Assembly: GCA_030670165.1 (NCBI GenBank)
Contig: DAOVCF010000002.1
Span: forward strand, 1 to 34,874
Source: Candidatus Stahliibacteriota bacterium
Lineage (GTDB): Bacteria > Hydrothermota > Tepidihabitantia > B3-TA06
DNA length: 34,874 bases
Direction: 5' to 3'
The notes under the pieces were generated by a model. It was not told the DNA's origin. It was given only the letters and a program-made list of their open reading frames with translations, and did not search any database. The position numbers and the translations under genes are program-made. Positions 24,691 through 33,495 of this stretch are shown piece after piece. How positions within the stretch are numbered: the first letter of the stretch is position 1; every line of letters starts with the position of its first letter.

Positions 24691-26448
24691 ATGATTCTTA
24701 CATTAATCCTTTTCCTACAGGTGGGATTTGAACATACCTCCTCGCTGCTCCTTGGGGGTCATTTCCAGTCGGGCGCGGCGGACGAGGAGCTTCTTTACGT
24801 AGCCGACGGCAGAGGCGTAAGCGTATTCGAGAAAAAAACCCTCAGTCGCCGCGGCGAGCTCATGCTTTCTGGTAGAACCAACCTGATCGTGCGCCATGAG
24901 TCGAGCCTTTTTGTTGGGGGCAGCAGAGGGCTTGCAAAGATAGAGGTAAGCAGCTTCTCGCAGGAGTACCCGCAGGCAGAGTGGCTCTATACCGAGCCGA
25001 TAACGGCGTTGGAGGTCTTTGGGCGCAAGCTTTGGTTTGCGGATGATAAGGCCCGGCTGTATGGTATGGATGTTGCAGGAGGCGCAAGCTCGCCATCTTG
25101 CTCGATCCAGCTGCCTCTGCCGCCTGTGAAGATCGTTGGTAACGAGGCAAGGCTCTATCTTGCGACAGACACAGGTGGGCTTTTTGTGCTGGACCTTGAA
25201 GCAAAGGCCTTACAGGCAAAGAGGATGACGATCGAGGGCGACCCGGCGGTTATGGATGTCTTGATTGCAGACCAGACGGTCTACCTTGCGTGTGCCGAGC
25301 AGGGGCTTTGGGTGAGCGAGCCCAGGCGCAACTCCCTTAAGGTCGTCAAGCGTATTGAGGTTACGGGTGAGGTAATGAGCCTGGAGCTGTTCGATGAGAG
25401 GATTGCAGCGGCTGCGGGAACCGGGGATTTCCTTCTCTTCTCGATTGCCGACCCGGATGAACCCGTCGAGATTCAGAGAGAACGTTTCCCTGGGATGGGA
25501 CTCAACCTTGCAAAAGCTGGCGAGGACTGCTTTTTGCTCACAGGTGCAGGCATAGGGCATATGGATCTCTCAACCAAACCCCTGGCAGGGCATGGATTGT
25601 TCTACAGGGGTGCGGGTTCCGGCTACGAGATCCTGAGCAAAGGAGGGGTGGCGGTTCTTGCGGCGGGCGACGCCGGAATAAGGACCGTCGGTCTAGGAGA
25701 CAGCCTGAGTTTCCTTGGCGAGCACTCTCAGATGTCAGGCTGCCGTAGGGTGTATCTCTTCGGCTCACAGGTCTATGTGCTGACCACAAGTAATATGATG
25801 TATGTAGTAGAGATAAAGGACCCCAAGCGTCCGGAGAAACGCACCTTCCTGCAGTTTGAGTCGGCAGCCTCGGGGGTGGACTCGGAGGGTGAGATGCTCC
25901 TTGCGGCGGAGCATGAGCGCGGGGTGGGGATCTGGTGGCGCTGTCCGTGCGGCCCATTCAAGGAGCAAGGACGCTGGGACTTCGGCGCCCAGGCGCTGGA
26001 CGTGAGGATCAAAGACAAGCTTGCCTTCGTTTCCGCAGACCCCCCGGCCCTTTACGTGATTGACTGGTCAGACAGCACCAACCCGGAGCAGGTGGCAAGC
26101 CTCGCGCTTGAGCGTGACTGCGAGAGGTTATACGCCGACGAAGACCTTTTATTCGGCCTTGATTCCTCAGGTGCGCTCACCGTTGTCAACGTGGCCCGCC
26201 CCACACGGCCTAAGAAACTCGCCGTGCTCGAACTGGAAGGCTCCCCCACCGCCCTGGCACGCTACGAGGATTATATGTTCATAGCGGCACAGGACGCAGG
26301 GGTGCACGTGGTGGATATATCCAAACCCCAATCCCCTGAGCTCATATCTACCCTGGACGTGGGACCGGCAATGGGGGTGGCGGTATCTGGAGACCTGCTT
26401 CTCGTCTCGACCCTCTACTCTATAGAGGCGTATAGGATTCAACCTTAA
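24691..26448 (+). CDS. LVIVD-repeat beta-propeller protein, paralog 1
   Basis: 585 aa. Hydrophobic N terminus. Repeated units such as LYVADGRGVSVFE, LYLATDTGGLFVLDL, VYLACAEQGLWVSE, MFIAAQDAGVHVVDISKPQSPELI, LLLVSTLYSIEAYRI. Confidence 0.75.
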   Translation: MILTLILFLQVGFEHTSSLLLGGHFQSGAADEELLYVADGRGVSVFEKKTLSRRGELMLSGRTNLIVRHESSLFVGGSRGLAKIEVSSFSQEYPQAEWLYTEPITALEVFGRKLWFADDKARLYGMDVAGGASSPSCSIQLPLPPVKIVGNEARLYLATDTGGLFVLDLEAKALQAKRMTIEGDPAVMDVLIADQTVYLACAEQGLWVSEPRRNSLKVVKRIEVTGEVMSLELFDERIAAAAGTGDFLLFSIADPDEPVEIQRERFPGMGLNLAKAGEDCFLLTGAGIGHMDLSTKPLAGHGLFYRGAGSGYEILSKGGVAVLAAGDAGIRTVGLGDSLSFLGEHSQMSGCRRVYLFGSQVYVLTTSNMMYVVEIKDPKRPEKRTFLQFESAASGVDSEGEMLLAAEHERGVGIWWRCPCGPFKEQGRWDFGAQALDVRIKDKLAFVSADPPALYVIDWSDSTNPEQVASLALERDCERLYADEDLLFGLDSSGALTVVNVARPTRPKKLAVLELEGSPTALARYEDYMFIAAQDAGVHVVDISKPQSPELISTLDVGPAMGVAVSGDLLLVSTLYSIEAYRIQP

Positions 26449-26461
26449 AGGAGAGCAAAAG

Positions 26462-28243
26462 GTGTTCGCAGGATTTCTTTTAACTGTGATGTTCGTATCG
26501 GCCCCAGATGCGCAGCCAGTGGAAGTATTATTCGAGGATGGCCGCAACTACTTTATATCAGGGGATTTTTCGGATCTGGTTGAGGTCAAAGGAACGCTTT
26601 ACGCCGCAAGCGGTTTCGGGCTTACGATAGTTCCTGCAGATCTCAGTACTCAGGAACACATCCCCACACCACACTACTCAAGAAAGATAGCGCTGGCGGG
26701 CAAGCAAGTATATCTTGGTGAAGGCAACCGGATCACTGAGTTCAAGATTTCGACCAAGGGAACCCAGATGTTGACCGCCTATCCTGTGGAAGGGAAGGTG
26801 ACGGCGCTTGCTGCCCGCAAGGATTTGCTGGCAGGGGGCACGGATTCGGCAAAGATCGTAATCTTCTCGCAGGGGAAGGAATCGAAGCTCCTCGGGGCGA
26901 TTGACGCACCCGGTGCGGTGAAAGACCTCTTTATCTACCGTGAGTTCCTCTACGCGGCGTGCGGCATGGGCGGGGTCGCGATCATTGAGCTTGGAGAGAA
27001 CCACTCTATTGTGCGGACCCTGGATGTTCCCGGTGCCCAGGCACTTACGGTTGCAGAAGACCTTCTCTTCGTTGCAACCGCCGCCGCAGATATCCTCGCT
27101 TTCTCTCTTGCCGATCCTTCCTCTCCCCACCAGGAAAAGGTCTTTTCAAGCGGTTCTGAGGTGGTCTCGCTTGCGTACTACGACAAGCATCTGTACGCAG
27201 CCCAGGGATATCAGGGTTATTCCATCTTCAACCTCGAGGGCGAACGTGTGGAGACAGCCGAGCCGTTCCGCCAGGGGGACGTTACCTGCATCCTCCCAAC
27301 CAAGGAAGTGGTGTTCCTGGCGCTCCGGGAAAGGGGTATGGTGCGCCTGGAAGGAAGCATGCCGCAGGAGTTAAGCGTGACTGCTCGCCTGCAGCAGAAT
27401 TCCCCCTCGGTTCACACCTCGCAAAGCGGCGCGTTCTGGGCGGTGGCACGGGGCAGGGACGGTGCAAGCATCGGGAGACTTTTGGAAGGGGAGGAGTGTG
27501 TAACCTGGGGTCATGCCGAGCCCGTGCCCAAAAGAGCCGCAGGGGTTCTTCTCTCTGGAACGTACCTTTACGTAGCGGACGCAGACCGCAGTGCTTCTAT
27601 ATTTGATTTAAAGACCTTCCCCTTTGCAGAACGCAAGTTGGACCTGAATCAGCCCGGTACACCCCAGCGTTTTGCCCTGAGCGGGGATTTGATATTCCTT
27701 GCCGCAGGCGACAGAGGGTTAAGGGCCCTATGGATATGCCCCTGCGGTCCGCTCCAGCAGAGGGTAGCCTTAGAAGGTATTGAGGCAGTAGACGTGGCGA
27801 CAAAGGATTCCATCGTATACGTGGCCGACCCCGACTCCGGACTGCGGGTGATGGCGGTAAGGAATAAGAATCAGGAAATTCACGAACTTTCTATCTATCC
27901 CGGCGTCATAAGCCCGCAAGCGCTCCTGCTGGATCAGGATCTGCTGTACGTAGCCGACTCGATCGGTGCTGTTGTGGCCCTTGATATCTCCGAGGCAAAG
28001 AATCCCAGACAACTCTCCTTCGCCTTCATCGAAACGCAACCCTACGGGATGGCTCTTGTGGATTCAACCCTGTACGTGGCCTGCGGCGAGGATGGGGTTT
28101 TGCCAATAGACGTGAGCGATCCCTCATCGCCGGTCGTGGGCGAGTTCATCAGCACCCCTGGAAAAGCGCTTTCGGTGGCCGCATCTCGTAAATATCTTGG
28201 GGTCGCCGACTACACATCCTGGGTGCTCGTACCTACAGATTAG
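26462..28243 (+). CDS. LVIVD-repeat beta-propeller protein, paralog 2
   Basis: 593 aa. Signal-like MFAGFLLTVMFVSAPDA. Repeats include LYAACGMGGVAIIEL, LFVATAAADILAFSLADPSSP, VYVADPDSGLRVMAV, LYVADSIGAVVALDISEAKNPRQL, LYVACGEDGVLPIDVSDPSSPVV. SD AAAGGAGAG lies before the GTG. Confidence 0.75.
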   Translation: MFAGFLLTVMFVSAPDAQPVEVLFEDGRNYFISGDFSDLVEVKGTLYAASGFGLTIVPADLSTQEHIPTPHYSRKIALAGKQVYLGEGNRITEFKISTKGTQMLTAYPVEGKVTALAARKDLLAGGTDSAKIVIFSQGKESKLLGAIDAPGAVKDLFIYREFLYAACGMGGVAIIELGENHSIVRTLDVPGAQALTVAEDLLFVATAAADILAFSLADPSSPHQEKVFSSGSEVVSLAYYDKHLYAAQGYQGYSIFNLEGERVETAEPFRQGDVTCILPTKEVVFLALRERGMVRLEGSMPQELSVTARLQQNSPSVHTSQSGAFWAVARGRDGASIGRLLEGEECVTWGHAEPVPKRAAGVLLSGTYLYVADADRSASIFDLKTFPFAERKLDLNQPGTPQRFALSGDLIFLAAGDRGLRALWICPCGPLQQRVALEGIEAVDVATKDSIVYVADPDSGLRVMAVRNKNQEIHELSIYPGVISPQALLLDQDLLYVADSIGAVVALDISEAKNPRQLSFAFIETQPYGMALVDSTLYVACGEDGVLPIDVSDPSSPVVGEFISTPGKALSVAASRKYLGVADYTSWVLVPTD

Positions 28244-28440
28244 TTTACCCCCCCCGGGGATTAGAGGCAAGGCGGAAGTTGGGTTGATAAGCTATCAGTC
28301 AAGGGTTACGAGTCCACCCGTCCCCGGAAGACAAGTCAGTCTGAGGACGCTTGACAAGTTAGTGGCAGGCTATAGGCTTTTTAAGACGTGGGGTCATTGT
28401 CCCAAAAGGCGCTCGCGGTGGTGGATAAGCGGCGGAATAC

Positions 28441-28556
28441 GGGATTTTTGACCGCAAACAGGTCTTCTTTCCCAAACTGGGTGAGAAAGAAACCAGAGGG
28501 TAAACCTTTAGTCAGAAGAATTCCCGCAGCCATTCGTGTACGCCTGTAAAAATCCC
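28441..28556. other. Long-range helix enclosing a roughly 80-nt structured segment in a convergent intergenic region
   Basis: GGGATTTTT (28441-28449) pairs with AAAAATCCC (28548-28556). ACAGG (28458-28462) pairs with CCTGT (28543-28547). An inner hairpin is TTCTTTC (28465-28471) / GAAAGAA (28485-28491). Confidence 0.3.
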
Positions 28557-28582
28557 ATGTTGATCCCCTCCCAAAGGGAAAG

Positions 28583-29752
28583 CTACTGCGGCTGGCCAGC
28601 CTCGGGCACGGCGAACAGCTGATCAAGGACCCTGCGAGCCGGCCTATAGCTCGGATCAACCTCAAGCGCTCTCCTCAGCACGATCACCGCATCGGAGAAC
28701 CTCTTATTCTCTATGTAGAGGTGGGCGAGGTTATCGTAGGAATCCATGAACGCAGGGTCAACACGGATTGCCTGCTTGAAGGCCGGAATCGCCTTCGCAA
28801 GCTGTCCCTCTTCGGCATAGACAAACCCCAGGTTATTCAGAAGCATGGCGTACACCCTGAAGTTAAGTGGAATCCATTCAGATATACGCACCCCCTCAAG
28901 CAGCGTCTCTCTGGCATCGCTCACTCGCCCCTCACGGTAAAGAAGGCTTCCCAGCTTTACGTACACCGTGAGGTTCTCAGGGTTCTCGCGCAACGCTCTG
29001 CGGTAAAACTCCTCCGCACGTGCATAATCCCTGCGGGACTCAGCTATCGCCCCCAGTATGGAGGAACACTGACTGCGGTCGTAACCCAACCGGTGCGCAT
29101 TAGTCATCATCTCTTCGGCCTTTATCTGATCGTTGCTCAATCTATAACAGACACCCAGCTGATAGTAGCAGTATCCAGGCTGGAAGTTGTAGCTTAACGC
29201 TTGCCAGAAAGCCCTCTCACCTTGCTTATAGTTGCCGGACTTCATGGCGGAAAGGGCATAGTTCAGGTGGACTACATCCAGGGAACCCAGAAGCGTATCC
29301 CGCATCAGACGTGCGAATATCTCGTAGGCGTTCTCGGAGCGTCCCAGGAAGTTGTGGCAGTAGGCGCGTTGAACGGCAACCCAGGGGTGCTCAAGCCCCG
29401 CCCGTTCGCTGTGCTCGTAGGCGGCCAGTGCCCTAGCGTAGTCGCCCTGGATGGCAAAGATTTGCCCCTTAAGGAAGTAGCCGGTTGCTGTAAGCTTGCG
29501 CTCCTGGGAGGGGGAAAGACGCATGGGATGCAGGACACCCACAATGCTCACGGCAAGAACCGCAAGGATCGCCGCAACCATGAGCAAGGAGTTTTTCCTA
29601 AGAAGAATCGCCGCTGCAGCCAAAAGACCAAGAGGCGGCGCGATGAACCACAAGATACCAATTCCCAAAACCAGCGGTGGGAGAAGGGCAACAGTTGCGG
29701 CCGCAAGCACCGCGGCGACGATAAGCCCTGCGGATATCCGCGAGCGCTTCAT
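28583..29752 (-). CDS. Membrane-anchored TPR-repeat protein
   Basis: 389 aa. Three N-terminal hydrophobic helices, then about seven TPR-like units (..YARALAAYEHS.., ..AYEIFARL.., ..AEEFYRRALRENPEN.., ..AIPAFKQAIRVDPAF.., ..AVIVLRRALEVDPSY..). Confidence 0.8.
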   Translation of the reverse strand: MKRSRISAGLIVAAVLAAATVALLPPLVLGIGILWFIAPPLGLLAAAAILLRKNSLLMVAAILAVLAVSIVGVLHPMRLSPSQERKLTATGYFLKGQIFAIQGDYARALAAYEHSERAGLEHPWVAVQRAYCHNFLGRSENAYEIFARLMRDTLLGSLDVVHLNYALSAMKSGNYKQGERAFWQALSYNFQPGYCYYQLGVCYRLSNDQIKAEEMMTNAHRLGYDRSQCSSILGAIAESRRDYARAEEFYRRALRENPENLTVYVKLGSLLYREGRVSDARETLLEGVRISEWIPLNFRVYAMLLNNLGFVYAEEGQLAKAIPAFKQAIRVDPAFMDSYDNLAHLYIENKRFSDAVIVLRRALEVDPSYRPARRVLDQLFAVPEAGQPQ

Positions 29753-31089
29753 CGCTCCTCCCCCTCCTCTTCAAACCCGGGTCTCGCACGCCGCAGGATG
29801 AACTCCCGTCCCAAAAACACCGCCCAAAGCGGCAAGAAAACAGCCAGCCCTAACTGCCACGGGAAAACGCTGAGGGTTCGCTCCATGCCGAACAGGGAAT
29901 ACCCCGCAGCTACGAGTATAAACATACCGAGGGCGTGGAAGAACGAGGAAGATACGGCAAAGCGTGACAGACGCAGGGGAGGGATATGTAAAACAAGACC
30001 GCAGACGAAGAAAGCGATGACTATGAAAAGTGCCGTATATCCAAGACACCAGGCAAGGAGCAAAGAGAGAATAAAAAGCCCCCCGGTAGCCCGACGGAAC
30101 GTCCGCCTGTCGCTTGCATCAATGGCAGGATCGTAAGCGTTACCGAAGAAAAGACTTGCACTGCCGGCCAAAACACCCAGAACCAAAAGCGCAAACAGGG
30201 CGATATAATCGAACGGGTTACGGAGCACCCCGACAAGCACGTCCCGCAGGTTAAGCCAACCGAACAGAAACCCGGCACCTGCGGCGAGTGCCGAAAGAAC
30301 GAGCAGGAAAGGCTTCAACGAACGCAGCAGCAGACGCACCTTCTCGCGGCTGTAGCGCCATAAGCCGAGCCAGATAAGCGGTATCAACGGCAAGAGCAAC
30401 ACCAATGAGTACTTGCGCGTCGCAGAGCTGATCAGACCGCCGGTGGCGTAGATAGATCTACCCATGAATCCGCCCCCAAAAATAGCCCCCACAACCATTT
30501 GCAATCCGCCCGCGGTAAGCGTAGCTACAATCAAAATGAGGGGAACAAGCAGAATCGAGATAACCTTCCGCCGTGTCGTGGGGGCTCGAAGACCGCTATA
30601 AATCGCAACAAGAATTACACCCAGCCAGCCCTCCATTAACATGCCTGGTGAACTGCCGTAGTAGAGCTTCCCCAAGCCGAAAGTCGCCTTGATGCCCTGC
30701 AAAATCATCCGCGGATCGCCTGGATAGACAAGGTTGTAGCCGCCCGGACGGAACAGAGGGTCAACCAATGGGGCGATGAGGATGATGAACGAGTAGATGA
30801 AAAGCACCCTCGTTATCTTGCGGATGTCGTGACCTGTGCTGAAGTGAATCAAGAGTATTGCGACGATAAAAAGCATGAAGTAGAACAGCGGGAAGTGCAT
30901 GAGCAGCATCTCGATAGTTATGATGGTGGTTGCGGCAAGTCCGATCCCGGGGGTCTCCAACACGCCCTCCAGCATGTCGCGGACGACCATGTAGCCGTAG
31001 GCTATGAGAATGAATGTGCCCAGAGGCATCTTTGAGTTCTCAATGGGCTTGATAAAGGTCGCATCCAACCACGTAAAGAATTTCTTCAT
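29749..31089 (-). CDS. Polytopic integral membrane protein of unknown function
   Basis: 446 aa with at least 10 hydrophobic segments. Its stop overlaps the TPR gene start by 4 nt. SD GGAAGGAGAG. I recognise no family. Confidence 0.7.
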   Translation of the reverse strand: MKKFFTWLDATFIKPIENSKMPLGTFILIAYGYMVVRDMLEGVLETPGIGLAATTIITIEMLLMHFPLFYFMLFIVAILLIHFSTGHDIRKITRVLFIYSFIILIAPLVDPLFRPGGYNLVYPGDPRMILQGIKATFGLGKLYYGSSPGMLMEGWLGVILVAIYSGLRAPTTRRKVISILLVPLILIVATLTAGGLQMVVGAIFGGGFMGRSIYATGGLISSATRKYSLVLLLPLIPLIWLGLWRYSREKVRLLLRSLKPFLLVLSALAAGAGFLFGWLNLRDVLVGVLRNPFDYIALFALLVLGVLAGSASLFFGNAYDPAIDASDRRTFRRATGGLFILSLLLAWCLGYTALFIVIAFFVCGLVLHIPPLRLSRFAVSSSFFHALGMFILVAAGYSLFGMERTLSVFPWQLGLAVFLPLWAVFLGREFILRRARPGFEEEGEER

Positions 31090-31129
31090 TAGACTCTCTC
31101 CTTCCGGTTCAAGTTACAAGACAGGTGGA

Positions 31130-31157
31130 ATTATAGGAGCGCACCCTCAACTGTCAA
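31130..31157 (-). promoter_or_regulatory. Sigma70-like promoter of the membrane-protein/TPR operon
   Basis: On the minus strand: TTGACA (31157-31152), 16-nt spacer, TATAAT (31135-31130). Confidence 0.6.
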
Positions 31158-31165
31158 CCCCGCGC

Positions 31166-31193
31166 TTGACATCGTAGTCATCGTCAATATGCT
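31166..31193 (+). promoter_or_regulatory. Sigma70-like promoter of the 253-aa gene
   Basis: TTGACA (31166-31171), 16-nt spacer, TATGCT (31188-31193). Its -35 lies 8 nt from the -35 of the divergent promoter. AAGGAGG lies 6 nt before GTG 31221. Confidence 0.55.
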
Positions 31194-31220
31194 TTTGTTC
31201 CAAGCCAAAGGAGGCGGATA

Positions 31221-31982
31221 GTGCGCAAGCGTTGGGGTATTGCGGTGCTGTTCATCGGGATGGCTGCGCTGGGCATCGTGTGGTGGCTCTCGCTCAACAA
31301 GTGGAGCTTTAAGGGCATTGTGCCGAGCAGAGAGAGCCAGCATTTCTCGCGGCACGCGGATTCGGTGGATTTCTCCGGGGTCTACGCGATCCGCGGCCCG
31401 GGCTATACCGGCACTCTGACCATCCGCCGGGCAGGCGACGGATACAACCTGTGCTGGGAGCTTTCATCTGGCAGCGTCTACTACGGTAACGGTCTGGCGA
31501 TTGGCGACGTTCTTGGCGCGGTGTGCGCGGTCGAGGGTCACAAGCATACCCGTGTGATGGCGTACAAGAAAGAGGCCGACGGCCTCAGCGGGCTTGCGGC
31601 CCGGATGGACGGCGACAAGCTGGGCTGCGAGAAGACCGCCGACGCGGAGCGGATCAAGGCATCCACCCATCCCCTGACCGGGGTCTACAAGGTGCAAGGC
31701 TCTCACCCCAACGAGAAGCCCTACAAGGGCGAGATGACGCTCGAACGCACCGGCGCTACCTACACCGTAAGGTGCCGGGCATCTGACGGCTCGGGCTACT
31801 GCGGCACCGGTTTTGCCGTGGACGATGTGTTCGTAACCGGCTACTCGAACGCGATGGGCGTGGGCATCGCGGTATACGAGATCAATTCCTCAGGCTTTGA
31901 AGGCTGCTGGCTTTATACGGACTACGATCGTCTTGTCACCACTTCGCAGATCCGCGCGGGCATGGAGCGGGTAGCGAAGTAG
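31221..31982 (+). CDS. Membrane-anchored hypothetical protein with an internal tandem duplication
   Basis: 253 aa. N-terminal anchor IAVLFIGMAALGIVWWL. Two units of about 90 aa each start GVY..(R/Q)G...Y.G..T..R.G..Y......GS.Y.G.G.A..DV (residues 53-140 and 154-243). Confidence 0.65.
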   Translation: MRKRWGIAVLFIGMAALGIVWWLSLNKWSFKGIVPSRESQHFSRHADSVDFSGVYAIRGPGYTGTLTIRRAGDGYNLCWELSSGSVYYGNGLAIGDVLGAVCAVEGHKHTRVMAYKKEADGLSGLAARMDGDKLGCEKTADAERIKASTHPLTGVYKVQGSHPNEKPYKGEMTLERTGATYTVRCRASDGSGYCGTGFAVDDVFVTGYSNAMGVGIAVYEINSSGFEGCWLYTDYDRLVTTSQIRAGMERVAK

Positions 31983-31986
31983 AATT

Positions 31987-32021
31987 GCCACACGAAGTTA
32001 CGGAGTAACTTCGCGGGGACC
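31987..32021 (-). repeat. Type-2 REP-like hairpin, copy B
   Basis: Minus-strand reading: GGTCCCCGCGAAGTTAC-TCC-GTAACTTCGTGTGGC. The upper stem is a perfect 9 bp. It lies between convergent gene ends. Confidence 0.6.
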
Positions 32022-32089
32022 ACGAGCCCAACCCAAAGAATCTCCCTCCATTTAAAAAAGTGGGATAAGACTACTGGATAGAGCTTAGA

Positions 32090-32644
32090 TTAAAATCGAA
32101 AATTAACGGCCAGACCTATGCCCCGGTCTGCGGGAACGAGTGAGAGCCGCTGGGATTGGCTGAAGCCGAACATGTGGGCGTCCACGTAGGCGTCTGAGAC
32201 CGCGAAGGCTACAACCGCGCCGGTAAAGAACGCGTATACGTTGCGCCTGTCCCGACGAAGGCCGCGAAGCGAATCTATCTTCGGTCCCTTCAGGGAATCG
32301 GGGACGTCCTCGGCCCACATCTCGTCCACGCCGATCATAAGAAGGTGTTCGCGGACGGTGAAACAGGCGAGCGTGATCTCGGCAGCCGCGATCAGCCCGC
32401 CCTTGGCGTAGCTCTCGTTGTATAACTGCCCTGCGCCCGGGATAAAGGTTGAAAGAAGCATGGCTGTCCTTACAGATTTACCTTGCTCCTTTGCACTATC
32501 AGCCGATATACTATCGGATTCAACCTCGATGGAATCGTGGGGGACTGATTCCACGGTTTCTACCGGCATTGACGCTTCGTCGGTTTGTCCGGCAAGCGGT
32601 AAGGCGATTGCAATAAACAGCGAGACGGGTAGAAGGCTCCTCAC
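32090..32644 (-). CDS. DUF5683-like membrane protein
   Basis: 184 aa. Signal-like N terminus. SVRTAMLLSTFIPGAGQLYNESYAKGGLIAAAE and the C-terminal AVSDAYVDAHMFGF resemble the Bacteroidota-type DUF5683 pattern. The GTG start overlaps the upstream stop (GTGA). Confidence 0.65.
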   Translation of the reverse strand: MRSLLPVSLFIAIALPLAGQTDEASMPVETVESVPHDSIEVESDSISADSAKEQGKSVRTAMLLSTFIPGAGQLYNESYAKGGLIAAAEITLACFTVREHLLMIGVDEMWAEDVPDSLKGPKIDSLRGLRRDRRNVYAFFTGAVVAFAVSDAYVDAHMFGFSQSQRLSLVPADRGIGLAVNFRF

Positions 32645-33495
32645 GGCACAACGAAGGTAAGCGCCCTGGGCAGGATACAGATTTCGAGTTCTGAGACCGC
32701 CTGTGGCGAGACCTCGCCGTCTATGTGGTAGTGAACCGGCCGGGAGTAGGAAAGCTTCATGCGGCGGAATCGGTGCATCGAGACCACGTCCGTGACCTCA
32801 ACGTGTTTGCCTTTGAAGCTCGAGGGTATGAGGCTGATGAAACGCAGTTTGGAGATCTTGCGCACCAGACACAGGTCGAGCTCACCGTCGGCAAGATCTG
32901 CTGTGGGGGTAAGCATGAACATCCCGCCGTGATAGCGGCCGTTGCCCACCGATACGGTCATTACTTCAAGCTCAAGCCGCTCACGGTCGGTCTGGACCGT
33001 AACCCGTGGTGATTCGAAGACCCGCAGTGTCCGCAGCACTGCCACCAGGTAGCCCAGATCGCCCTTAATACCAGAAAGTTGCATTCTGCGTGCGGTATCG
33101 GCATCGAATCCCGAACCGAAGATGTTAGCAAAGAGCCGATCATCCACCTTGCCCAGATCGATGCGGCGCAGGTTGCAGGGCTCGAGGTAGCGTTCCGGCT
33201 CAAAGAACTCCACGCCTGCGGTGTGAGCGAAGTCGTTACCCGACCCGCTGGGGATAACACCTATCTGGAGATCGGCACCTTCAAGCGCGTTCAAGGCGGT
33301 GTTCAGGGACCCGTCGCCGCCGACTATGACAAGTCGTTCGACCCCTTCTTTCACCGCTTCTCTTGTGAAGCGCTTGATCATACCCAGCTCCTCGCAAACC
33401 ATGTAGTCAAGCTTTTTGCCGGCAAAAAACTCCGGCCAGCGCTTGCTCGTTCTCCCCTTGTCCGCCGATGGGTTTATAAGGAATCGAACCTTCAT
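32641..33495 (-). CDS. Diacylglycerol-kinase-family lipid kinase (YegS/BmrU type)
   Basis: About 284 aa. RLVIVGGDGSLNTALNAL, GVIPSGSGNDFAH, C-terminal GEVSP... ATG 33495 with GAGG 5 nt upstream is preferred over the ORF-track GTG 33501, which overlaps that SD. Confidence 0.85.
   Translation of the reverse strand: MKVRFLINPSADKGRTSKRWPEFFAGKKLDYMVCEELGMIKRFTREAVKEGVERLVIVGGDGSLNTALNALEGADLQIGVIPSGSGNDFAHTAGVEFFEPERYLEPCNLRRIDLGKVDDRLFANIFGSGFDADTARRMQLSGIKGDLGYLVAVLRTLRVFESPRVTVQTDRERLELEVMTVSVGNGRYHGGMFMLTPTADLADGELDLCLVRKISKLRFISLIPSSFKGKHVEVTDVVSMHRFRRMKLSYSRPVHYHIDGEVSPQAVSELEICILPRALTFVVP

Noticed and set aside
28197-28665. 84-aa (plus) and 94-aa (minus) ORFs in the convergent gap
   Set aside because: Each overlaps the 3' end of a real gene, lacks an SD and has a Gly/Arg/Ser-rich product. 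I report the region as possible RNA structure instead.
29201-30136. A 311-aa plus-strand ORF spanning the TPR / membrane-protein junction
   Set aside because: Its product is Arg/Gly/Pro/Lys-rich and low in complexity. It runs antisense to two genes with clear TM and TPR periodicity, so it is a shadow ORF.
33480-33490. GGTTCGATTCC on the minus strand, the tRNA T-arm consensus
   Set aside because: It falls in codons 2-5 (KVRF) of the lipid-kinase gene. No acceptor, D or anticodon arms can be drawn around it. I treat it as a chance match and found no tRNA in the window.
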